A stretch of 61,326 nucleotides of DNA, counting the filler, from Squatina squatina (Eukaryota): the NCBI GenBank assembly GCA_031763465.1. It is 4 parts of 4 records of this genome, joined end to end, with 100 filler letters (N's around TTAATTAATTAA, not from the genome) between each part and the next. Parts side by side here need not be neighbours in the genome. Positions count along the whole stretch, not along the records: positions 12,235 to 28,247 come from JARFOE010000115.1; 3 more parts are not named here. One strand, written 5' to 3'. The position numbers were made by a program, and so were the translations under genes. Positions 12,605 to 24,863 of this stretch are shown here, piece after piece. Positions within the stretch are counted from its first letter, which is position 1; the number at the start of each line of letters is the position of its first letter. A model generated the notes under the pieces. That model worked only from the letters and a program-made list of their open reading frames with translations. It was not told the origin of the DNA and searched no databases.

Positions 12605-13184
12605 TAAGCCCACAATGGGACCTAATACTGCTCTCAGCAGACATAGTCCTGCCGTTTTGTGGGATATGTGGAATATTCTTTGTTCCAGTCTGACTCAGTC
12701 AGGTCCCCTCCCTCACTTTTTTATTTGATACATTGATGACTATATCAGTGCCATTTCCTGCTCTTGCCCTGGACTGGAAAATTTCATCAACTTTTCTTTC
12801 AATTTCCACCTTCCTGTACCTTCTCATGGTCCATCTTCGACTCTTCCCTTCCCTTTCTCAACCTCTCTATCTCCATTTCTAGGAATAGGCTATTGATCAA
12901 TATCCACTATAAATTCACTAACTCCCACAGCTACCTTAACTATATTTTTTCCCACCCCGCTTCCTGTATGGACTCTATTCCATTCTCCCAGTTTCTCCGT
13001 CTCTGTCGCGTCTGTTCCAAGGATACCATCTTTCATACCAACGCTTCTGATATGTCTTCCTTTCTCCTCAACTGAGGATTCCCCTCTACTGTGGTTGACA
13101 TGGCCCTCGACCGTGTCCGTTCTATTTCCCGCATTTCTGCTCTCACCCCATCCCCTCCCTCCCAGAACCATGATAGGGTTCCCC
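12605..13184 (+). mobile_element. Penelope-like retroelement reverse transcriptase fragment
   Basis: Degenerate MGP...FVGYVE, YIDD, and SLPFLNLSISI...IHYKFTNSHSYLNYIFSHPASCMDSIPFSQFLRLCRVCS, typical of the PLE RT/thumb region. Confidence 0.85.
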
Positions 13185-13284
13185 NNNNNNNNNNNNNNNN
13201 NNNNNNNNNNNNNNNNNNNNNNNNNNNNNNNNNNNNNNNNNNNNNNNNNNNNNNNNNNNNNNNNNNNNNNNNNNNNNNNNNNNN

Positions 13285-13590
13285 CTCAATTAAAAAATGG
13301 ATGCCGAGCCCAAGAAGGAGGTCTTAGGAGGGGTGACCAAACACCTGGCCAAAGGGGTGGGTTTTAAGAAGTGTCTTAAAGGAGAATAGGAAGGTGGCGA
13401 GGCAGAATGTTTAGGCAAATGGGTGACCTGCCAGGGGAACTATCATGATGGGAGGTTTTGATGGGGACAAGGGTATCAAAAATGAAGGTGAAAAAATAGA
13501 TAGCTGCAAAGGCATCATGGCAAATGGAGGGCCAACAGTTGGTCAGTCAGTCTGGGATAAGTAAAATGATGCCATGTGTTACCCCAAAGG
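13285..13590 (-). mobile_element. L2 fragments (3' UTR and internal piece)
   Basis: ggggtgaccaaa..tggccaaaggggtgggttttaagaagtgtcttaaaggag matches the other L2 tails. Confidence 0.6.
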
Positions 13591-15431
13591 GCATTGTTTG
13601 ACTATTGTGCCAGGGAACACCCATTTGGCTCTTTGTCATTCCGTTAGTTGCTCTATTATTCATCTGACAACACATATATCTTTGCTGGCCTTGTGAGTCT
13701 ATTAAACTTTTGCTGACACTGCAAAGAGGCCTGTGGGGTTATAGAGGCCCTACTCGCAGCCATAGTCAGCTCCTGCCACATGCTCCATGCTGCTGCATGA
13801 AGTGTTTTTTTTCACATGGTACTTCAAGAATGGCATCACTCCTTTTTCTAATTTGGACCAGCAGCACTTGCACCACGGCTCCTGAGAGACTCACCTTTTC
13901 CCTTCTGTTGCAACACTCCCTCTTCCGAGAGCCTGTTCTGCCCTTTCATTGCATGCTGCTCTTGAAATGATGACACCATGCCCTTGCTCCACTCCATTCC
14001 CAAATATTTCAACCCCTTTGGCCTCCTGCCGGTGAGATTCATGCCCTTGTTCTACCAATGTTATGGAAGTTAGTTGACCCTGGGAGTTCTGAAGTCAGCC
14101 TTCTCAGATTTCAGCAGGCATACGTCCCGCTCCACTGCACTTACATTGCCACATCAAGGATTCAGGAATTTTGGGGTCTATGAATTTGGTGGGTTAGTTT
14201 GTAAAATGGATGTCAAAATTGACACCTGAAGCACCATCCTTTATATGTCTATATTTATTTAAAGAGGCATTTTATCCAACGCTTCTAGGAAGCACAAAGG
14301 AGTCTCTCAATAGGAAGTATGGTTTAAGCCAGTGGTTTCAAGAAAGCCCCACAGATATAAAGATCAGCAACCTGTGTTTCAACAGTACATCGTAATTAAA
14401 TTTTAAAAAATGTCAGTCAGCACTTAAGGCAAAAATAAGATTTGAACTTCCCAGCATGCACACAAAGCAGTTGCACTGCATTTGTACTGGAGGCAGTTCT
14501 AATGTTAATTAGAGAGGGAAATGTAAGTAGTATCTGATTGTATCAACCAAAAGGACATCTGTTTCACTTAGAACACAAATGCCAAAGACCAATAAATAAC
14601 TCTGGCTGTGGCATGTGGTTCCAGACACTACTTCCAGACAGTGAATNNNNNNNNNNNNNNNNNNNNNNNNNNNNNNNNNNNNNNNNNNNNNNNNNNNNNN
14701 NNNNNNNNNNNNNNNNNNNNNNNNNNNNNNNNNNNNNNNNNNNNNNTTCTCCTGTTGAACCAAATTAACTGATACTGTTTGCATTAATAATGACATTTAC
14801 ACAATTAATAATGTTCTATACGTCTGCAGAGTTTCTAAAATGTCATAAAATGTACCTCACTAAAAAAACTTTCACAAGTGGGCTTAATGATCAGTTTTCA
14901 AAAATATATTATTTTTGGGATCTTATTGAAAAACAGCAGGTGGAATTTTTTCTTTAAGAGTCTCTCTATCCATTAGCACATCCCGATTTGCACTCTGGGT
15001 TACAATGAATGAAGCCAAATGTCTTTACTGAGCGACTGCTTTTCTCAGTCTGTGCTCTGCCGCTCCTAACCTGGCAGCCAGCCATCGTCTCAAGTCTCCT
15101 CATTAGAGAACCAACTGTAAGTCATCAAGGAGCAAGAGACAGCTGGCTAGAGATTAGTGATCTAATGAAAAAAAGCCTGCCATAACAAAGATTTCAAAGG
15201 AAGAAAAAGAGGTGGAATTAACAACAAAGGATTCAGAATTGTGCAGAGTTTTGCAAAATAGTTTAAGCTAAAATTGAAGTGGTTGGATATACTGTGGGAT
15301 TCTATTGGAGCAGTGGCTTATATCAGTGTTTNNNNNNNNNNNNNNNNNNNNNNNNNNNNNNNNNNNNNNNNNNNNNNNNNNNNNNNNNNNNNNNNNNNNN
15401 NNNNNNNNNNNNNNNNNNNNNNNNNNNNNNN

Positions 15432-15625
15432 GCCAACATTTATCCCTCAATCTACATAACAAAAACAGATTATCTGGTCATTATCACATTGCTGTTTATG
15501 GGAGTTTGCTGTGCATGTATTGGCTGCTGCATTTCCCACATTATAACAGTGACTACACTCCAAAAGTACTTAATTGGCTGTAAAGCACTTTGAGATGCCC
15601 AGAGGTCATGAAAGGCGCTATATAT
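15432..15625 (+). mobile_element. DeuSINE (SacSINE1-like) 3' half
   Basis: gccaacatttatccctcaa...ttatcacattgctgtttatggga...gtgactacactccaaaagtacttaattggctgtaaagcac...aaaggcgctatata. Confidence 0.8.
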
Positions 15626-16224
15626 CTATCTGTCTGTCTGTCTACTGTAGCACATTTTTTTTGTTTCTCCCAGCTTCTTGGCCTGTACTACAGAGATGCT
15701 CCTAAGCTCTAACCATCTCCACTTTTCAGCTTTCCAAATTGCTGTCAGTTTTCTTTAACTATCTTAATAATATAAAAGTGTATTCTATAAAAATAACCAT
15801 GTTTCACTTCAAAACGGAGCCCCAATGATGCTTGCACCTAGGTCCGATTCTCATCTGTTCACCCCACTTTACTTGAAGAATACACTTGGTCTTGGCACCC
15901 TGTGTGCAATGACACAGATCAACTAGTGTATTGCAAAATCAGTAGGTTCATCACTTGCAGATATAACACTTTGTTGCAGATACAAAGCAATCTTAACAAT
16001 TTCTGACTTCCAGTGTGAAACTGACTTTCCACAGAGTCCCCTCACCAAACAACTACTAACTGATTGCTCAGGCAACTTAGGTCAATCAGCATTTAAGCTC
16101 TGATTTTAAAATAGTGAAAAAGTGGAGTGGAAAGTGGGAAATGCAGAGAATAAAGCTGAGAATTTTGGAGTACTACCACAGTGGGGGGTTTATAAAAGAC
16201 AGAGTGGAAGGATGTGGGAGAGAA

Positions 16225-16400
16225 CTTGAGGTAAGAGGAGGTTGCAGAGCGAAGGTAGGTCAACGCCATGAATGTACTTAAAGGTGAAGATAAAGATTTA
16301 AAATTCAGCACACTGGGAGCTGGAGCCAACGTAGGTTAATGAGGTCTGGAGTGATGAGTGAATGGGACTCAGTGCGGAATAGGATATGGGAACTGAAGTT
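16225..16400 (-). mobile_element. L2 fragment
   Basis: Similar to 17330-17470 (ggagccaacgtaggt..gtgatgagtgaatgggactcagtgcgg..taggat). Confidence 0.6.
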
Positions 16401-16464
16401 TGAACAACGTGGAATGGGAAATGTGAGGCCAGGGATTTTTACTCAAGAACTTCAGTCCAATTTT

Positions 16465-16635
16465 CTTGGAAGCCTTTAAAATATTGAAAGGATTAGACAA
16501 TGTCCATATTAATCGGCTCTTTGAACTAGATAGGTTAGGGAGGAGTAGAGGACATAAGTATAAGTTACCCAAGAATAGAATTAGGTTTGATGTTTGGAGG
16601 TACTTTTTGCAGAGGATCATCAACTTCTGGAACAT
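16465..16635 (+). mobile_element. CR1 LINE ORF2 C-terminal fragment
   Basis: Reads EAFKILKGLDNV...LF...RSRGHKYKLPKNRIRFDVWRYFLQRIINFWN. Confidence 0.75.
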
Positions 16636-16995
16636 CATGCAGCACATGTGTGACTGCTGCAAGTGTTGAGAGTTGACCAGGTTTCTGACGACATAACTGC
16701 ACGTGGAAGGCACATGGGTATTGGTATTGTCTCCCAGTCATCATGGTTTACTGGAACTTGTTTGGTCAGCTTTGGGGGTCAGAAAGGAGCTTCCAAGATT
16801 GGTCTAAGGCTTTCTCACCTGAGGAATTTGCTTGCGTAAGAGGGGTGCGGGGGCAACGAACATTGGGCAGAAGTTAGACCATGATCATATATGGCAGGCT
16901 TGATGGACTACCTGGTCTTTACCTGTCCTCCTTGTACATTCATAAATAACTCCTTTTAAATATTTTCTGAGAACCCTTTCTTTACCACTCATTAG

Positions 16996-17650
16996 CAACA
17001 ACAACTTGTATTTATATAGCACCTTTAACATAGTAAAACACCCCAAAGCATTTCAAGGGAGTGTTATAAGACAAAAATTTGACACGAAGCCACATAAGAA
17101 ATTATGGCAGATGACCAAAAGCTTGGTAAAAGAAGTAGGTTTTAAGGAGAGACTTAAAGGAGGAAAAAGAGAGAGAGAGAGAGAGAGAGGCGGAGGGAGT
17201 TCCAGAGATTACGGCCGAGGCAGCTGAAGGCACAGTCACCGAAGGATGAGCAATTATCAGGGATGCTCAAGAGGGCAGAATTCGAGGAACGAAGATATCT
17301 CGAGGGTTGTGAGGCTGAAGGAGATTAGAGATAGAGAGGGGCAAGGCCATGGAGGAATTTGTAAACGAGGATGAGCATTTTAAAATTGAGGCGTTGCTTA
17401 ACTGGGTGCCAATGTAGGTCAGCGAGCGCAGGGGTGATGGGTGAATGGGACTTGGTGCGAGTTAGGACATAGGCTGCTGAGTTTTGGCTGGCCTCAAGTT
17501 TACATAGAGTAGAATGTGGGAGATCAGCCAGGAGTGCGTTGGAGTAGTGAAGTCTAGAGGTTGCAAAGGCGTGGACAAGGGTTTCAGCAGCCGATGAGTT
17601 GAGGCAGGGACGAAGACGGGCTATGATACGAAGGTGGAAATAAGTGGTGT
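16996..17650 (-). mobile_element. L2 LINE 3' ~650 bp with (caa)n tail
   Basis: Tail caacaacaacttgtatttatatagcacctttaac. The internal region is reverse-complementary to 11085-11690 (gtcTAGAGG..caaaggc..gga..agggtttcagcagc). Confidence 0.85.
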
Positions 17651-18227
17651 CACTTAGTACTGGAAATAAAACTTAAACATGATAAAGATACAAATAAAAT
17701 TTTAAAAAGGTACAACAAAAGAATTAAACTTTACTATACAATAACATTTGTATCAGGTAACTGGTTTGCCTCACAATATCCTCAGGGTTTCTTTTAAACT
17801 TAATACATGTTATGGCTCATAAGTAATGCACCTTCAGTAAGAAAACTTGTGGTAGTAATTATGATAAATTAGAATAAAAAGCTATGATAAGTCTGAAGAC
17901 AACAGCAGAGTATCTGGGTCTCATTTTTGCGCACCACAGGGTAGCTTTCAGTAATCAGTAAATTCTCCAGGGAACTAATCAAGAAAAATTGTAAAATTAA
18001 ATGAAAGGCAGTAAGAAATTAACAATGGTCTTTAGTTTTTATTTACAATAAAGCTTTTATTAATTTATTTCCCCCTTTTCATCCATATAATAAACAGCAT
18101 CCAAAAACATTTCAGGTGGCTCATAAAAATTCCATTGCCACTTAATTAGTTAAAAAATACTGAATTGAATTGTTGGAAAACTATTTTAATAAAAGTACTT
18201 GAATAAGTTTCTTTATTTTTATATGTT

Positions 18228-18330
18228 GCTCCATTCTTTAGGAAGGATGTCAAGTCCTTGGAGAGAGTGCAGAGGAGATTTACCAAGATGATACCAGGGA
18301 TGAGGGACTTTAGTTATATGGAGAGATTGG
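18228..18330 (+). mobile_element. CR1 ORF2 RT C-terminal fragment
   Basis: Reads LERVQRRFTKMIPGMRDFSYMERL. Confidence 0.8.
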
Positions 18331-18737
18331 GTGACATAGGGAGGAAGAGAATTGAGGTCCTGCAGTCAGAGCTTAAAGAACTAGGGAGGAAGTTAAAAAG
18401 CAGGGCATCAAAGCTAGTAATCTACTTATCAAAGGGATTATTCACAATGCCACGTGCCAGAGTGAATAGAAATAGGAAGATATGGCAGGTTAATGCGTGG
18501 CTAGAGACAAGGTACAGGAGGGAGAGCTTCAGATTCCTGTGGCACTGAGGCCAGGTCTTTGGCAGGGGGAACCAAGGGACGGGTTGCACCTAAACAGAGC
18601 TGGGACCAATATCATCACGGCCAGGTTAACGAGTGTTGTGGGAGATGGGGGAGATTAATTTGGCAGGGAGTTAGGCACCAAGGTGTAGTATTAAAATAAG
18701 GAAACAAGGTGCACAGAGGAATGGGAGAGACAGTTAG
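18331..18737 (+). mobile_element. CR1 ORF1 esterase (SGNH/GDSL-like) fragment
   Basis: Reads DIGRKRIEVLQSELKELGRKLKSRASK...RNRKIWQVNAWLE..RRESFRFL, followed by DGLHLNRAGTNI at about 18578. Confidence 0.8.
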
Positions 18738-21700
18738 NNNNNNNNNNNNNNNNNNNNNNNNNNNNNNNNNNNNNNNNNNNNNNNNNNNNNNNNNNNNNNN
18801 NNNNNNNNNNNNNNNNNNNNNNNNNNNNNNNNNNNNNCGTAGGAAGACAGTTCAGGCTAGCATTTCAGAGGAACATGGTAAATGCTTCACAAATATTTTT
18901 GCAGGATAATAAAACAGTGACTTACAGCAGGTTAATTTTCATTAGTTATTTATTTTATGTTAGTTATTTTACACTCTCAGGATCTCAAATTCAAATTTTT
19001 AAAGAGTCCAATTGCCAAAAGGGCAATTACTTTTGCAGTGCTGCCTTTTCTCTTCCATAATTAGTAATGCCTTTGGATCTGTACAAACAAATATAGTGTA
19101 GTAATGTAGCCTGAAGAAATCACATCTGTGGTTTCTATGAATTGGTATAGCCTATATAAACAAAGTCAGTTGGAAGGAATATTTTAAATGTTAGCATTTC
19201 TGCTGCTTTTCAAAATTTTTCTTCTTTACTAGTGGTCACCATTGGCTAATGATGTGGTCGTCAATCCCTAATTCCCCTCTGCCCACCAGCTTTATTCATT
19301 AATGTTACTTCGGTCAAATCTTCTGTTTGAAAAGGCAGTTGTCATATTCCTATAAACATTTCACTGTCGAAGTATAATAGTATTGGATGTGCAATGGGAG
19401 TCTGTGANNNNNNNNNNNNNNNNNNNNNNNNNNNNNNNNNNNNNNNNNNNNNNNNNNNNNNNNNNNNNNNNNNNNNNNNNNNNNNNNNNNNNNNNNNNNN
19501 NNNNNNNAATTCTACAACCCAGAAAGTATTTTGTTGTTCTTGTCACCTCTGCAGATATTTATTCATAAAACCAGTACACCTCCTTTCCTGCTTGCAATCT
19601 ACATTAAAACATGATTTTGCACAAATAGGAGTATTTTAAAGGTTCTACTTGAGAGGGTGCATTATGATAGGATCACTCAAGGAAATAATGAGGTAGAAAT
19701 TGGACACTGTTCCACCAGTTTTACAGGTCCAATTTTGGGGAGCAAAGTTCTGAGCCCCAAAGGACGGCAGAAAAATTGACCTACTTCCCAAGAAGGAGGA
19801 TAACAAAATTAGAGGACAAGTCTGTTCTAACCTGCTGCTTATGAGGGATATTGACAACCATCTGGTGCCAGTCAACTATTCATATTTTTGGTAAGGGAAT
19901 AGGTGAGGGTGCCTTAAAAGGGGGACAGGAGAATGGAAGCAAAACTGTATCATTTATCTCATTTCAGAGTCATAATTGTTTGAAATTAAAAAAAAATTTA
20001 AGTATCTATATTATTAAGAATTCAAATTTTGCTAAAGGTTTTGCCTCTGGAAGGTATTTTTAAATGCAACCTATGATTTCAATAGAAGTTTTTCAAATCC
20101 AGAAAAAAACAGATCTTTAACTATCAAGTATTCAATCTACAGAGAGGTATCGACTGAGGGAATCGAGTGAGGCAAATCTAGGTTTACATTGACTGTCGTT
20201 TTCTACAAGCCAAGCATGAATCCTCTGACATTTTGAATGCCCCGGTACACTTTAAATCAAAGTCAAACAGGTAAAATATTTAAAACTTTTCCTGGCTCAA
20301 TGGAAAAATATACAAAAGCTGCTCGGAACTGAAGGTTAAACAATAGTTTTTCGTACAGACACTCAAACCATTTAAGCGCTCTTCTTTCTTCAGTTGACTC
20401 AATAACAATTGCACTGAAATGTGCACATTGGCCCTAGCTAACCTTTGACAGAGCTCTTTGTTTTACACCCACTTAACTGTTTCTTCATCACTCAACTGCC
20501 ATGTTGGATGTGAAAATGAAAGTGAGTCCCCTCCCCAGGGTGGCCTGTGTATGATGGATTCAAAGGCCCTAGCACAGTAGCAACTGTCTCTCTGACTAGG
20601 CAGGAAGATCATTGAAAAGGTCCGCCTAAGCCTGTAAAGAGGCAAGGCATATCCTTGTTATACCCTGCTGTGCCAGGGGATTTACTGGGCTGGGCTCCTA
20701 TCAGGAAACCCATAGGTTGAGATTCTGGAAAGGAAAGCGCCTTCCGTTGGGGAACTGAAGCTGAACTCAAAGGAAGTGTAGCAAGAGACAGCATCCTTTA
20801 TAGAAACATTCAGATTTTATTCTAGATGGTGAGGTCATTTAAAAAAATGATGTTGTTGTTGCTAGGAGCGTGCTGGTGCCGAGCAATATCTAATACTGCA
20901 CAGTGTACACCCATCACCTTTGAAACTCAAATAACCTAGCAGTGGAGTTCAATTTCACAATATTATTTTTGTCTAAATTAAGCTCGTGATATTAGAATTG
21001 CATGAACTGTGTGTAAAATTAACTACTGGAAGCTAAAACAAACTATTATAAAAAAGCTGTTCTACACATTGAATCAAACATTTAAGTCTGTGCTATATCA
21101 TTCAGAGCTGAAATGTACACAGAACCGTGACTATCTATGATATGTGGAATTGCTGTNNNNNNNNNNNNNNNNNNNNNNNNNNNNNNNNNNNNNNNNNNNN
21201 NNNNNNNNNNNNNNNNNNNNNNNNNNNNNNNNNNNNNNNNNNNNNNNNNNNNNNNNTGTGAATATTTCTAAGGTAAATACATTTTTCAAATAGTGCATTC
21301 ATGTACACTGAATGAATTACATTGCTATAGAATTGTTCTGCTTTGTTAATTCCCTCATTACTGTACTATGTGCATTCTGATGTGCTATTCTGCTTTTTAA
21401 TTTTTTTTTAAATTCAAGCTTTTCCTTTTCCATTTTATTATTTCCACTGACATAAGTCCGAATTTCCTTCCATCGATAGGGCTGACTTTTATTATCAGTC
21501 CGTCGTCAGCCAGCTATTGTTAATACTTCTCATTTCCTCCCTGGGTTAATTTAATGTGAAATAATAATGTTTTCCGTTCCTAATCACTCTGCTGTCCTAA
21601 GACTAAAAGCGATATAGTGACCTAAAACTGGCTTCATTCTATCAAAATGACTAGATTTTTCATTCTTTTTTTTGGTAAAAGTTGCCAAATGAGTGTCAGA

Positions 21701-23292
21701 CACAGTACATGCCAGCTGCAATCAGGATTACGAATAGTTCCTGAGAGAGAGAGAGAGCCTCTGTTTTAAGGGAAAGCCAGTCAAAAAAATATTGGCATGT
21801 TAATCTAAAGGGGTGGGATTTCAACTGTCTGAATTGTTAGTGAACTCCTGTGATAGACATGTGGAGACTGGCTGGCCCACTTCTCATTGAAAACGAGTTT
21901 CCTGCATCAAAACATGCTTCCCAGTGTTCAAGAGGTCAAACTGCAGAACAGGGGGATTGGGGTGGATTATTGATCTACGGAAGCTGTCACAATATTTTCT
22001 CTTCAATGAACTCTTAGCAACTGAAACAGATATTTATCCTTTATTAATCCCTGCAGACTATTACCTTAACACAGAAGCAGTTCCTAAACAATGCAAATTC
22101 AGCATCCTGCTATACTTGCTACTTCTACACGACATAAAGCTATATTTATAAGGCAGTAAAATGGATTTTGGTACAGAATATTAATATTTTACTCTGTGCT
22201 GTAACTGTAGTTATACCCCTTCCATACAAATATACTTAAACCTTTGTTCTCCAAGTGTTGACATGGTGCCCCCTTGAGGTTGCAGCAGTATTGCTAGTTA
22301 TTTCTGCTCGACATTTAAAGATTTCCCTTACTTNNNNNNNNNNTTCAGGAAAAAATAATACATTTTCTAACCCGAAGTAACATGAACAGAACAGAAAGCA
22401 ACTGGGGGCCAGTTATAATGTCCAAGGAATTTATTTTCAGGGAAAGCCCCTGTTAACTTTTACTCACTCAATTCATCACAACTAATAAGTAGTCGTCATT
22501 TATCATAATATTGCTGACTCCAATTTAAACTCATTTTTTTTAACCATAACTCTAAGTTTTCTGTTGCCTATAATGCAATTATCAGTCTAACTTTAGAATT
22601 TTAACTGCCAAATGTGTCACATAAAGGGAATCTCAAATTCCATTTCAGGTCGACAACTTTAATTTTGACTTTTTAACTTTGATTCCTGCAATCTGCCACT
22701 AACAGCCAGGGTCTGATGCAGAAAATGTAAATCTAGGGTTGGTGGAACAGAACGAGAAGCTCTTGATGACAAAGTAAAAAATTAGGTAAGTTGAAGGAAG
22801 TAACCAATAGTGCCAACAAGCAACACCNNNNNNNNNNNNNNNNNNNNNNNNNNNNNNNNNNNNNNNNNNNNNNNNNNNNNNNNNNNNNNNNNNNNNNNNN
22901 NNNNNNNNNNNNNNNNNNNNNNNNNNNAGGAATTCAGAAAGTAGAAAAATAGAGTCCAAAATCTGAACTTTGGCTTCTCTTACATGCCTAAGACTAAACA
23001 TATATTTTAGTTATAGACTACTGACAGAAACTAGAAGTCAGTTGTACAGAAAATATTTCCCAAATGGTATCTGTTGACCTTCAAGGAGATGTCTGCTTGA
23101 ATTCTATGAAAATCCACAGGGTTTAAAAGTAGTAATGAGAGACAATGTAATTAGGACTTGAAATGTCACCATATACTATTGTTCCATGGCAAAGCAAGTT
23201 GGAAGTAAAACATAGATAGAAAACACAATTTCCTGAAGATTATATTTGCTTACCTCTTATCAAAATTGACACCAAAGAATAATTAAAACACT

Positions 23293-24502
23293 GGGGGTGG
23301 CCAATTCGTCCTTTTTTGGGGGCGATAAACTAGCGTTAAATAGGCGTTAACGGCCTAAAGCCAATTTTGGGCACTAAATTTACCGATGGGAAATTTGTCT
23401 CCCGTTAACGCTGGTGCTAAATGGGCATTAAACCTTTGGGGCTGGAAACTCTGCGTCCAGCGCTAGATGCTGTCAATGGCGCAACGCCCAAAATGGTCGC
23501 CCGCTGACAAATTCGATCAGGCTGATGAACCTTTAAAATAGCAGTATCAACGCCCATTTTGGGGGGCGTTGACACCCTCAATCTGATGTTTTGTAGCGCA
23601 ATTTAAAGACCTGGGAGTGGGCTGCATTCTGAGTTTGTATCTCGGCTCGCTGACACGGATATCGTGGGAATTCACACTTTTGCGGCTCACGTTGAGACTC
23701 TGCCGACTTTTATTTGGAGTCTCATCACAATCAGGGCCACTCGCCATGGATGCTGCATTAGTGGTTGATTGGGAACTCCAGCGACATCACATGAGGTTCC
23801 TGAGGCACAGAAGACATCTTAGAAACCAACAGAGAGCCAGGGGGGCACAAGCAAATGAGGCTAGGCGTGAGGCAGCAACAGCTCCTGGGGATGACCATGC
23901 CCAACAACCATTTGACATCCCAGAGCCAGCTGCACCGCTAGTGGCACAGCCCACACCACTACAGCGTCCTCCAAGAAGGCAGAGGCCAAGGGGACCTTGA
24001 AGGAGGTATACCCACAGAGTCTACAGATGCCACTTCAGCTACCTCCACATGACCAATGAACAATACCTTCGTAGACTGCGTTTCAAAAAGGAGGTCATAA
24101 CTGAACTGTGCCAACTCCTGTAGGCTGACCTCCAGCCACACACCAGGGCTTCCACTGCTCTCTCTGTGGCAGTGAAAGTCACAGTGGCAATCAATTTTTA
24201 TGCCAATGGGACCTTTCAGACTGTGACGGCTGACATTTGCAATGTCTCTCATTACGCTGCCCACTGTTGCATTAGACAGGTCACCACTGCACTGTACCAG
24301 AGAAGACGCCAGTACATCTCCTTCCCGTATAGCCGCCAGGCTCAACACAAGAGAGCTGTGAGCTTTGCCCGTATAGCCAACTTCCCCAGGGTCCAGGGTG
24401 CCATTGATTGTACGCATGTTGCCCGCCTTGCACCTTTGCACCATCCAGAGGTCTTCCACTCGTTGAATGTCCAACTCATATGCGACGACACCAAGAAGCT
24501 CA
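23293..24502 (+). mobile_element. PIF/Harbinger DNA transposon, left end plus transposase, truncated by gap
   Basis: Terminus ggggtggccaattcg follows CTG, then a CpG-rich subterminal region, then a HARBI1-like transposase frame. Confidence 0.85.
23746..24502 (+). pseudogene. Inactivated Harbinger (HARBI1-like DDE) transposase
   Basis: One frame from ATG 23746: RVYR..SYLHMTNEQYLRRLRFKKEVITELC..AVKVTVAINFYANGTFQ..FPRVQGAIDCTHVA..FHSLNVQLICD. In-frame stops are TGA 23998-24000 and TAG 24121-24123. Confidence 0.9.
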
Positions 24503-24602
24503 NNNNNNNNNNNNNNNNNNNNNNNNNNNNNNNNNNNNNNNNNNNNNNNNNNNNNNNNNNNNNNNNNNNNNNNNNNNNNNNNNNNNNNNNNNNNNNNNNN
24601 NN

Positions 24603-24863
24603 TACCACAAAGATGCAGAGGTAGGTAATACAGACCGGCATGAAAAAGGTGGATCTCCTCGGACCCAGATATTTCAACAGCAACTCCTGTTTGGTCATAA
24701 AGTAGTCCTCTGGGACAGTGTCATTCCAGGTGAGGTTCTGCTGTTGATAGCTCGCGTTGCACAGGTATTGGTAGAGAGCTTGGAGAAAGGGGCTCCGATT
24801 TTTCAGGGAATCCATCTGAGAACAGTTTTTGGGGAATTGTTCTTCTCTCGGTGAAAGTTGCAT
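24603..24863 (-). CDS. NMUR1: Neuromedin U receptor (NMUR1-like GPCR), N-terminus to TM1, truncated by gap
   Basis: ELLLKYLGPRRSTFFMPVCITYLCIFVV matches the NMUR1 pre-TM1/TM1 motif (LKYLGP...FMP.C.TYL.IFVV). ATG at 24863 is an inferred start; the extracellular segment carries N-glycosylation sequons. Paralogue not fully certain. Confidence 0.85.

Noticed and set aside
22705-22790. Plus-strand exon candidate (aacag|CCAGG...AG|GTAAGT)
   Set aside because: All three frames contain stops between the splice sites; at most a non-coding exon, and unsupported.
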